Assembly: GCA_043732185.1 (NCBI GenBank)
Contig: JAYTHY010000036.1
Span: 1-64,000, forward strand
Length of the DNA stretch: 64,000 bases
Origin: Fibrobacteria bacterium
GTDB lineage: Bacteria > Fibrobacterota > Fibrobacteria > UBA11236
Reading direction: 5' to 3'
Both the position numbers and the translations under genes were made by a program. The number at the start of each line of letters is the position of its first letter. Positions within the stretch are counted from its first letter, which is position 1. Below, in pieces: positions 1 through 7,787 of this stretch. Under the pieces are notes generated by a model. That model had not been told where the DNA came from and ran no database searches. It was given only the letters and a program-made list of their open reading frames with translations.

Positions 1-210
1 ACAACAAGTTCCATCAGTACGCTGTGTTTTCAAACCGTTAAGGGTAACCTACAAGTGACTAAATTGGCTAAAAATACCCACTCGATCGCCCGAAGAGCCG
101 GAAAAGAAGGCAAGCCATTGACAGATAAATCACCTACGGGTGGCCCATGTATGAGACGCAGCGATTTACTCGATCCGACGTCTTTCCTAGACAATGCAAA
201 AATGGAGTAA
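1..210 (+). CDS. 3' end of a gene entering from the left (possible effector/toxin C-terminus)
   Basis: Frame +1 is open from base 1 to TAA at 208-210 (...GGPCMRRSDLLDPTSFLDNAKME*). The DPxxFL ending resembles M23-peptidase C-termini (weak). It ends 3 nt before the lipoprotein gene. Not in the ORF track. Confidence 0.5.
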   Translation, partial: TTSSISTLCFQTVKGNLQVTKLAKNTHSIARRAGKEGKPLTDKSPTGGPCMRRSDLLDPTSFLDNAKME

Positions 211-213
211 GAA

Positions 214-930
214 TTGTTGAAATTAAATTCAAAAGAAAATCAGTTTTTAATATTTGGTTTGTTTATTTTAGTTCTAAATGGAGTCACACAGTTAGGCTGC
301 AATAAAACGAATGGCCAAAAAACCGATTTTTCGCAAAGCCATGTGACTACTATTGAATCCAAGCCTGTTCCCGCCACAAAATTATCCGACTCAATTGTAT
401 ATGGTAACTTCCTTAAAAGTGTATTTGGATCTGGGATAAATTATTTCAAAGTTGACGGTATCCAACAACCCATAATTGGCGATATAAACGGCGACGGCTT
501 TCAAGATTCCCTTTTCATATGCGAATTTACAAATAGTAAAGATTTCACCACGAAAATTGTATCGTTGAATCCGTGGTGCACCAATTCATTTTCGGGATGT
601 AAGTCAACCAATCCATCTATAAAGGAAGGGCCGGGACTTGCATTGGTACTTGGAAATAAATCAAGTGTGAGTCTATCTGAGCGAGCATATATTTTTCAAC
701 CCGATGAGGAGAATCCTCTTGACTGCAATTCTTTTGCCATTTACAATGGATTTAGATTAATTGAAAAAAATAAATATCGAGCAATAGTTGATAGTCTTGG
801 AATTCAAGAACAAATAGAGGCGCCTCAAGGTGATCTAGTCGCTCTTGGGACGCCTGGAACTGGTGATAATTATCTCTATTTCGACGGAAAAATTTTCAAA
901 ATATTTTGGCCGAAAAGTGGCGACGACTAA
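214..930 (+). CDS. Lipoprotein, putative immunity protein
   Basis: Hydrophobic N-terminus ending in a lipobox-like QLG-C; FG-GAP/EF-hand-like GDINGDGFQD motif; visibly AT-rich. Immunity role is inferred from position only. Confidence 0.6.
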   Translation: MLKLNSKENQFLIFGLFILVLNGVTQLGCNKTNGQKTDFSQSHVTTIESKPVPATKLSDSIVYGNFLKSVFGSGINYFKVDGIQQPIIGDINGDGFQDSLFICEFTNSKDFTTKIVSLNPWCTNSFSGCKSTNPSIKEGPGLALVLGNKSSVSLSERAYIFQPDEENPLDCNSFAIYNGFRLIEKNKYRAIVDSLGIQEQIEAPQGDLVALGTPGTGDNYLYFDGKIFKIFWPKSGDD

Positions 931-941
931 TTACAATTTGA

Positions 942-1625
942 AACATTCCTTCTCTGTGGTGTCAAGTTTTATCTGCAATTGGAGTTTTTCTCGATGGAAA
1001 TAAGATTGACACCAAAAAGAAAAAAGAAGAATTCAGAAGATATATTTGGGATTACCGCTGTACGGTTGCAGTGGACAATGACTCCTTCAAAAGAATTTTA
1101 ATGGAGTACGGATTCAAACGACTCTCGATTGTAGATGAAATGACTACAAAAATTGATGGAGAAACTGTTGTTTGCAAGAAAATGTTTACCTCAGAATTAG
1201 GGCGCGCTCTACTTCTTGACGCTCATATAAATGGTCCAGGCTACGTCAACTCTCCTCATGGAATGTGGGTTACGGCCTTAAAAACAGTTAAAACAAACAA
1301 TACCACAAAAACTGTGGATACAACGAACATTACACCTGACGATCAGTTCAAACTAATCAAAGAAGTCCTCACGCTTAGAGAAGCAAGTAGGATGACAGAT
1401 CCCAATTTCCGATCAGGATACATCATTCTCTGCTGCAAGGATTTCGCACTCGAAGCCACTCGAAATAAGATCTTGAAAAAGTTAGGCTATGACAGTTTCG
1501 AAAAATTATTAGCTACCATCAAACCCAAAAATGCGAGCAAAAACTTTGAGGCCCTAACTGAAAAGTCCGCACTTAAATCATGCTATGACTTCCTTAGTTA
1601 TCCAAACCTAGAACCAGGTAAATAA
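942..1625 (+). pseudogene. Orphan (start-less) C-terminal toxin module, putative lysozyme-like peptidoglycan hydrolase fragment
   Basis: The 1071..1625 ORF stays open upstream to a TGA at 939-941 (NIPSLWCQVLSAIGVFLDGNKIDTKKKKEEFRRYIWDYR...) with no ATG/RBS start at the 5' end. Motifs SELGRALLLDAHINGPGYV and RxxxRMTDPNFR resemble, from recall, a family of PG-binding-associated lysozyme-like effector domains. Confidence 0.45.
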
Positions 1626-1633
1626 AGAAATTC

Positions 1634-2776
1634 ATGGACATCACAACTACTTCAAATAAGGTCCAATTTCTTTCTTTAGCTTTTGCTTTCGGAATTGCGG
1701 TTGCGGGACCATCCCTTCTAGAAAAATCCGTAGTCCCCATAAAAAATCTGAATAGTGTTTGTGCACCTTCACAAGATTCTGTCTTGAAAATCTTATTTGA
1801 AAAATTCAATCTCGGAGAAATCCAGGCCGATTATCCAATTAGTGTCGATGTAGAGAAATCGATTTATTTGCCGGACGGAAAATTAGATGCAATAACTCTT
1901 TCAAGCGAATACTACTTTCCACCCGGATTGAAACCGTTTTTCTTCTCATGGAAAACCAAAACCAGCCAATGTTTTACCTTGATCACGATTCAAGAGACAC
2001 ATTCGCTGGAGTTTGATCAATCTGTGGAAATTTCTGAACTTACACAATCGGCTGCCCAAGGCATCCTGCAAATGAAAATTGATTCCACGGCGACGGAAAT
2101 AGGTTCAGATAGCCAACCGATGGATACAAAAAAGTTTCGTTCACTTAGTTTTCTTCAGGTTGACGCCCAATCTGGGGTACGATATTTGGGATATCAGATT
2201 CCAATCTTGGATCAAGGGATTCGCATTGGGAAAAAAATTAAAACAACCGAACTTAATTACGCCGTTTCCAAAAATGGCGTTGTTACAATCGCAAAAAGTT
2301 TAAAGCCTCTGAGCGCTCGGCAGTCCAAGTGGTTAGGAGCCTATTCACTCTTGGGCAAGAAGGAAGATTTAAACATTCCACTACCTCAAAAATTTATAGA
2401 GGATTCCATTTTGGCAGCCTTCTCCATCGCCAACGACCTATTTAAAAAAGGAAAAGTTTCTCAAGCTGCCGACACCCTAGCCAAAGCCTTTCCTCCCTCT
2501 CCGCTGCTTACCCCTTCTACAATTCCCATCGCCAATGATCTTGGTTTCTTTCTAGTGGAAGCGAAACGCTACACCGAAGGCGCCAAGGTTCTTGAATCGG
2601 TACTTGTCGCAGACTCTAATCGCACCGTGGCCTACCTGAACTTAGGTGATGCCTACGCCGGATCCGGTAGGGCTACGGAAGCAAAAGAGCAATACCGCAA
2701 GTATTGTGAACGAATGGAAAAAGCCAACAAGCGCGAAAAAATTCCGCCCCGGATCAAGTCCCTAATGGTAAAGTAA
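1634..2776 (+). CDS. Exported protein with C-terminal TPR, putative immunity protein (paralogue 1)
   Basis: Signal-peptide-like N-terminus (FLSLAFAFGIAVA); C-terminal TPR motif NDLGFFL...NRTVAYLNLGDAY...KIPPRI; starts 8 nt after the orphan module. Confidence 0.7.
   Translation: MDITTTSNKVQFLSLAFAFGIAVAGPSLLEKSVVPIKNLNSVCAPSQDSVLKILFEKFNLGEIQADYPISVDVEKSIYLPDGKLDAITLSSEYYFPPGLKPFFFSWKTKTSQCFTLITIQETHSLEFDQSVEISELTQSAAQGILQMKIDSTATEIGSDSQPMDTKKFRSLSFLQVDAQSGVRYLGYQIPILDQGIRIGKKIKTTELNYAVSKNGVVTIAKSLKPLSARQSKWLGAYSLLGKKEDLNIPLPQKFIEDSILAAFSIANDLFKKGKVSQAADTLAKAFPPSPLLTPSTIPIANDLGFFLVEAKRYTEGAKVLESVLVADSNRTVAYLNLGDAYAGSGRATEAKEQYRKYCERMEKANKREKIPPRIKSLMVK
2507..2725 (+). repeat. Diverged direct repeat, copy 1 (TPR block); copy 2 at 3775..3993
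   Basis: Hand alignment of LTPSTI...MEKA gives 60 of 73 identical residues between the copies; the DNA aligns without gaps. Confidence 0.85.
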
Positions 2777-2880
2777 TTCCTTCTCAGGTCAAGGCAATTA
2801 TTTTGTTTGAAGGCATTGGTAGCGCGTTTGATTCTCACCATATAGGCTGTTTCTCTGGTATTCACTAGATTTAACCCAAT

Positions 2881-4041
2881 ATGACGAAGAGCCGACTTTT
2901 CTATCATCTCGTTCAAGGAGTCCTCTGGCTTTCCTTCTTCCCCTCCTTATGTCATGCCAAAGTCGATTCAGACCGATTGCTGAAATTGGCTAAAAAAGAT
3001 CCCATTTCATTTGTGAGCACCTGTGCGGTCAATCGGGATTCTCTCGTGAAAATTTTCATTACGAAATATGAATGGGAAGTTAGCCAGGCTGAGCCGGAGT
3101 TTTCAATTATACGGAAGTTTACGGCCAAAAGTGGAGAACTGGAGATTGCATCCCTAAACAGCGGGCGTTCTCTTCCCAGCTTGGAGTACGCCTACTTTTT
3201 GGTTTGGGCCAAGGGAGGTAACTCTTGTGCCATCGAAATAAGGCACGTTCCTCCCTCTTCCAATATCACACGATTCGGAATCCAGGAAATCGAAATTTCC
3301 AGTACCACCATTGAGGGTGTCTATCAAATTCAGGTAACCACTCAAACCGACATGATTAACCCTGATGCGGAGAATCCCAATTTGACACTTCGTCAATTCA
3401 TCGCCAAAGACAGATCCTTAATTCAAATTACAAAAGACACCGATGTGAAATTTCATGCGGCGGAAATTCCCATTTATGACTCAGGTGATGGGACGCAAAA
3501 AAAGTCCAAGCCACACGAGCTCATGCTAAATTTAGATGTTACAGGCAGCCTGGAAATCACAGCTAAAACTTCAGCAATTGCCAAGCAACAGAAACCTTGG
3601 ATCGGAAAATACCTTTTAAACTTTGAACCTTCTTCAACGACCTCGCAACCTGTCACTCTAGTGACCAGAAAAAAAATAGATGCCGCCTATAAAATTGCGT
3701 TAGCTTTATTCAAATCGGGAAAACCCGGCCCCGCTGCCGAGACCCTGGCCCAAGCCCTAACACTCACCTCCGTGCTCACCCCATCCACCATTGCCATCGC
3801 AAATGACCTTGGTCTCTTCTTAGTGGAAGCAAAGCGCTATGTCGAAGGTGTTAAGATTCTTGAATCGGTACTTGCCGCAGACTCCAATCGCACTGTGGCA
3901 TATCTAAACTTGGGCGATGCCTACGCAGGTACTGGTAAGGCCGTAGAAGCGAAAGCGCAGTACCACAAGTATTGTAACCAAATGGAAAAAGCGGGAATGG
4001 GTGACAAAATTCCAGCTCGCATCAAGGCTTTGAATCCCTAA
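2881..4041 (+). CDS. Exported protein with C-terminal TPR, putative immunity protein (paralogue 2)
   Basis: Signal peptide (LWLSFFPSLCHA); same C-terminal TPR block as 1634..2776; N-terminal part alignable but much more divergent. Confidence 0.7.
   Translation: MTKSRLFYHLVQGVLWLSFFPSLCHAKVDSDRLLKLAKKDPISFVSTCAVNRDSLVKIFITKYEWEVSQAEPEFSIIRKFTAKSGELEIASLNSGRSLPSLEYAYFLVWAKGGNSCAIEIRHVPPSSNITRFGIQEIEISSTTIEGVYQIQVTTQTDMINPDAENPNLTLRQFIAKDRSLIQITKDTDVKFHAAEIPIYDSGDGTQKKSKPHELMLNLDVTGSLEITAKTSAIAKQQKPWIGKYLLNFEPSSTTSQPVTLVTRKKIDAAYKIALALFKSGKPGPAAETLAQALTLTSVLTPSTIAIANDLGLFLVEAKRYVEGVKILESVLAADSNRTVAYLNLGDAYAGTGKAVEAKAQYHKYCNQMEKAGMGDKIPARIKALNP
3775..3993 (+). repeat. Diverged direct repeat, copy 2 (TPR block)
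   Basis: Counterpart of 2507..2725. Confidence 0.85.
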
Positions 4042-4045
4042 TCCA

Positions 4046-4852
4046 CTATTGGACGACGATGCTATCCATGTTAGAATAGACTTCTCCACGGATATAAGCA
4101 GAATCCGAGACCATTTTCCCGTTTGCTTTGTAAAGGGCTCGATAATACCAGCTACCCTTTGACGCCAGTGCAATGGTTTGGCCGAGAAATATTTTTTTCT
4201 CCGCAGGTAAATTGATTTCTTTATCGATTCGAATCGAGGACAAGGAGTCCCATACGGGTCCACCTGCGGGCCAACCTGCCGAACCAGGTTTACGTAAGAC
4301 TTGTAGTTGGATGAGAGAACCCTTAGGGACATGTGCCTCACGAGTTCCTGGATTTTCCAGAGTGAGTTCCACCTTGTGCTTACCCTTTGTCTTTAAAAGT
4401 TTCATCGTCACGTTCAATCCAAATACGGGATGCGACATGGCCGCGGACTCCATGCTGTCTGTGCGGTTTTCGAACTCGCGGGCCCAGGGTTGGATGGGTG
4501 GGTACAATGGAATTATGAATTGCTGAGTTTTGTTCGCTTGGGTGCCTGTTACGGTCAGCACACGGCTATCTGGACGGAGGTCAGTTATCTGGGAAGCCTT
4601 TTCCAATATAGCCCACAGGCCCACAAAGAGGCGCTTGTCCGCGGCGCTGGCGAATACGCCGATGGTGTCTCCAGACCGTTGCATGGCGTCTAAGTGTTTT
4701 ATCACGAGCACGCTTTCCGGCCGAATGACGACTTCAGAGGAGACGGCACTGTAGCCTTCCTGGCGCGTGAGTCGGATTTCTGAAAATGGAGTGGCATTTA
4801 GCATCGTAGTCATACCTATGACCATGATGCACGTCAAGGTGCACTGCCGCAT
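4046..4852 (-). CDS. Exported hypothetical protein, homologue of 4861..5742; putative periplasmic immunity protein
   Basis: Likely ATG at 4852 gives a signal peptide (MRQCTLTCIMVIGMTTMLNA|TP). Shares colinear motifs with the upstream gene (IGVF/VGLY, SHPVFGL/ANPVWSL, ENPGT/ANSGT, GEVYS/GGVFT). Confidence 0.65.
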   Translation of the reverse strand: MRQCTLTCIMVIGMTTMLNATPFSEIRLTRQEGYSAVSSEVVIRPESVLVIKHLDAMQRSGDTIGVFASAADKRLFVGLWAILEKASQITDLRPDSRVLTVTGTQANKTQQFIIPLYPPIQPWAREFENRTDSMESAAMSHPVFGLNVTMKLLKTKGKHKVELTLENPGTREAHVPKGSLIQLQVLRKPGSAGWPAGGPVWDSLSSIRIDKEINLPAEKKIFLGQTIALASKGSWYYRALYKANGKMVSDSAYIRGEVYSNMDSIVVQ

Positions 4853-4860
4853 CCAGAGAA

Positions 4861-5742
4861 TCAAAACTCAAAATCTTTTGTGAATACTCCACCAGCGAAA
4901 CGGATATGGCCGGCGGTTCGGTCCGTGCCAGGATAGGTAACGTAAGCGATACGCCCCAAAAATGGACCTCCGGTTGGTGATTCCACTGCTGCGACCACCT
5001 CCACTTTCGCACCAGGACCAATCCAAAGCATGGATGGTGAATCTGGCGGATAACGCATGGTTGTTTTTTTGACTGTCATGGGAAGTGGAGTGATACCCTG
5101 CTGGATTTGTGGCTTGTCCCCATACACAAGTTGGCAACTGAGGCCCGGAGATTTCCCGTCCAATAAAGTGGGATGATCGATCCATATCCCTTCGGTTCCG
5201 GAGTTGGCAAAAACAAGAGTCAACTCAGTCCATCCGGCTGTGGGTGATGGTTTGGCTTTCGCATTTAAGGACAAGCTCCAGACTGGGTTCGCCAAAGCTT
5301 TGGTCTCGAGTTTATCCAAGGCTTGGCGTAGGGTTTTGATGGGAATCAGAACTGCCGGATCTCCGATTCCGGTGAAAAACCGGTTTTCCTGTCCGGTCGC
5401 GACGGATGCCAGACCCCAGCACATGGCGCCGGGTTCTGGATGTGCGGACTCTAGAGCGTCCAAATCCGAATCGATGGCCAACTGGACTAGGGCCGTGACT
5501 TCTTCCGGAGTGGCGATGCCGTTGTACAGGCCAACTTCTATTCCACCCTGGTCTCCCACGGGGCGGCGCAGAAAGTACGCGATTTGACCCTTACCGTTGA
5601 GGGATAGACGCTCTTCAAATTCGTGTACGCCGATAGGAAAGACTCGGCCCTCAGTTGCGCTCCTCTCCAACCCAAAGCCGGAAAGTTCTACGGGGTTATC
5701 CAGTACAGCCTGCAAAGAAATTTTGAAACTAGAATCAGCCAT
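4861..5742 (-). CDS. Cytoplasmic hypothetical protein; putative immunity protein/chaperone
   Basis: 293-aa ORF with a GGAGAG RBS, 8 nt after the effector-like gene; no signal peptide; homologous to 4046..4852. Confidence 0.65.
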   Translation of the reverse strand: MADSSFKISLQAVLDNPVELSGFGLERSATEGRVFPIGVHEFEERLSLNGKGQIAYFLRRPVGDQGGIEVGLYNGIATPEEVTALVQLAIDSDLDALESAHPEPGAMCWGLASVATGQENRFFTGIGDPAVLIPIKTLRQALDKLETKALANPVWSLSLNAKAKPSPTAGWTELTLVFANSGTEGIWIDHPTLLDGKSPGLSCQLVYGDKPQIQQGITPLPMTVKKTTMRYPPDSPSMLWIGPGAKVEVVAAVESPTGGPFLGRIAYVTYPGTDRTAGHIRFAGGVFTKDFEF

Positions 5743-5750
5743 GAGCTCTC

Positions 5751-7787
5751 CTAAGCAGCCACAGTTTCATAGTCGTAGTCCTTTCCATAAGCTGTTTTGA
5801 TCAACTTCTTCTGCATTTCTACGAAAGCGTGGAAATGGCGTTTCTTGGCCTTCGTCATATTCTGGCCCATAATGCAATCTGCGTCGATGCCGTTGACGGC
5901 ACCGTCTTCGTTGAGCGTCGTGTCCACCGCGCCATTCAAGTATTCGTCTGGATTGTCCATATGGTGGCCGGTTTCATGGGCCGCCATTTCTAATCGCGAG
6001 TCTCCCATGAACCATGTTGCAGTATTGGATCGCAAGTCTCCGGGACAGATGCTGGTGACTCCATCCGACCAAAGTGCTTGGATCAGAAACTCAAGCGTTA
6101 CCTCCAAGCTATACAGGCAACACGCGTTTCCTGCCTTGGATGGGCAGGCTTTACGGCGAATCTTAAACGCATCCGTCCATACAGTGTGGGTTGTGTCCAC
6201 CCACTCCTTGCGCCTTTTGGTGTACACGGCGGAATCGAAATCATACTCCGCAAAAGCCTCCGGCCATGTCCCGGTGCCTCCAGCCTGTTTAAACGTAGCG
6301 CCGTCTTTGTAAAAGGCCAAGGTCCCGTACAGATCAGGCTTAAGCTTGAATGTCGCTGGAAAAGCTTTCCAACCACTTCCATCATGATACTCATTGGGAA
6401 CCATAGGATTGACCCCCGTGCCGCGACCCCAGCGATACCCATTCCATGGGCATCCACCCGCTTTGCCCGTAAGGTCGGAGGACATGTCGATGTAGGTGGC
6501 TCCCCAGGCCTTCACAGCCTTCAACCCCACATGGACCTGATTGCGATAATTTTTGAGGCTCTGTTTGAATTCCGCGTGGTTGCTGTACTTGCCCCATTTC
6601 TTGTCGGATGTGAAAGTCAGTTCAGCTGCCTCCGGAAACCCCTTGATCTTGATCGAAGCTGCATTGGTTGCGGTCTCGCCCTTGGCGTCGATACTGGCTT
6701 CGACATCCACTTCGGGCAGGGGAGATGTGCCTTTGAAAAAAGAAACGTCTTTGACTTCCCATTCGGATTCAATCCGACTACCAGTAACCTTGGTGTGCAG
6801 TGACGCGGGTGTGCCATCCCCCTGTAGAGGTTTCAGCTTGATTTCCACGTCGGTTCCGTCGGAAAGCAAGGTATCCGCCGACACCTTGATCTTGTCTCCG
6901 CAACTGGCTTCGAGTTTTTCCCATTTCAAGTTGGAGATGAAGAGTGAATTCGGCTTGCCTCCGCCACCGTCGCAATGACAATCGCGGCTGATATTATCGT
7001 AGAAGGCGCAATGAAAACTTTTTTTATGACGAGCGCCCTCCAGCGCGATCATTTTTTTGCAGGGCGCCACATCTCCGGTTTTACAGGGGATTTTAGGAAG
7101 TTTGTCCGGATGAAAAAGAAAGAAGGATATGCGACGATTGGCTTCTTCTTTTTCCTCGGTGTCGATTACGGGATTGAACTCACCGCAGCCCACAAATTTG
7201 GGATCGAGAAACTGCTCCGATCCAATCACAATGTCGTGCTTGCCCGTCATGTACGCAGTGAACAGATGGTGCCGGGTATCCTTATCCGCACTTCCGGATT
7301 CGGACATGCCCTCTGAGGCTCGAAAGGCCTTTACGGCCGCTTGGGTTTGCGGCCCATCTTTACCGTCTACCGCTCCTGAATAGTAGCCCAGGTCGGTCAG
7401 CATTTCCTGTACGGATTCCAATCCCCAATGTTCTTCTTGGTAAAGACTTTCCCAGATGTCCGCATTATTCGTGACAAAGGCAAAAGCGCTCTTGGCGCGG
7501 CGATCACTCAACTTCTTGTTATAGCTCTCATCTCCAACTTTGTCCGTGTGGCCGAATACCAGCACCTTGCACTGGGGATGCTCCTTGAAGGAATTGGAAA
7601 GTCCCTTTAGACTTTCCACTACACTTGGGCGTATAAAGGACTTGTCAAAGGCAAATGTGGATCCGGGAACGCAAGCGCATGCCAGCACCTCCCACGTTTT
7701 GGTGACCACTTTGTATTTGCCGGGAATGAGTCCAATGCCTATAACCAGGTCTTCAAAACGCTTAATGAGTTTAGAAATATCAGGCAT
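5751..7787 (-). CDS. Multidomain effector-like protein: OmpA-like domain interrupted by PG_binding_1, Cys-rich linker, Ig-like domain, C-terminal HExxH zinc-metallopeptidase-like domain
   Basis: FAFDKSF...FGHTDKVGDESYNKKLSDRRAKS and GCGEFNP...NRRISFF (two OmpA halves) flank VQEMLTDLGYYSGAVDGKDGPQTQAAVKAF (PG-binding). AAHETGHHMDNPDEY plus CIMG is a zincin motif with a Met-turn-like element. No signal peptide. Confidence 0.75.
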   Translation of the reverse strand: MPDISKLIKRFEDLVIGIGLIPGKYKVVTKTWEVLACACVPGSTFAFDKSFIRPSVVESLKGLSNSFKEHPQCKVLVFGHTDKVGDESYNKKLSDRRAKSAFAFVTNNADIWESLYQEEHWGLESVQEMLTDLGYYSGAVDGKDGPQTQAAVKAFRASEGMSESGSADKDTRHHLFTAYMTGKHDIVIGSEQFLDPKFVGCGEFNPVIDTEEKEEANRRISFFLFHPDKLPKIPCKTGDVAPCKKMIALEGARHKKSFHCAFYDNISRDCHCDGGGGKPNSLFISNLKWEKLEASCGDKIKVSADTLLSDGTDVEIKLKPLQGDGTPASLHTKVTGSRIESEWEVKDVSFFKGTSPLPEVDVEASIDAKGETATNAASIKIKGFPEAAELTFTSDKKWGKYSNHAEFKQSLKNYRNQVHVGLKAVKAWGATYIDMSSDLTGKAGGCPWNGYRWGRGTGVNPMVPNEYHDGSGWKAFPATFKLKPDLYGTLAFYKDGATFKQAGGTGTWPEAFAEYDFDSAVYTKRRKEWVDTTHTVWTDAFKIRRKACPSKAGNACCLYSLEVTLEFLIQALWSDGVTSICPGDLRSNTATWFMGDSRLEMAAHETGHHMDNPDEYLNGAVDTTLNEDGAVNGIDADCIMGQNMTKAKKRHFHAFVEMQKKLIKTAYGKDYDYETVAA

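Noticed and set aside
2507..3993. TPR repeat pair considered as a DGR template/variable repeat
   Set aside because: Both copies are coding, differences are not restricted to adenines and many are synonymous, and there is no reverse transcriptase in the window.
6078..6803. 241-aa + strand ORF and other short ORFs overlapping the effector-like gene
   Set aside because: Antisense to a motif-rich CDS, with no independent evidence of coding.
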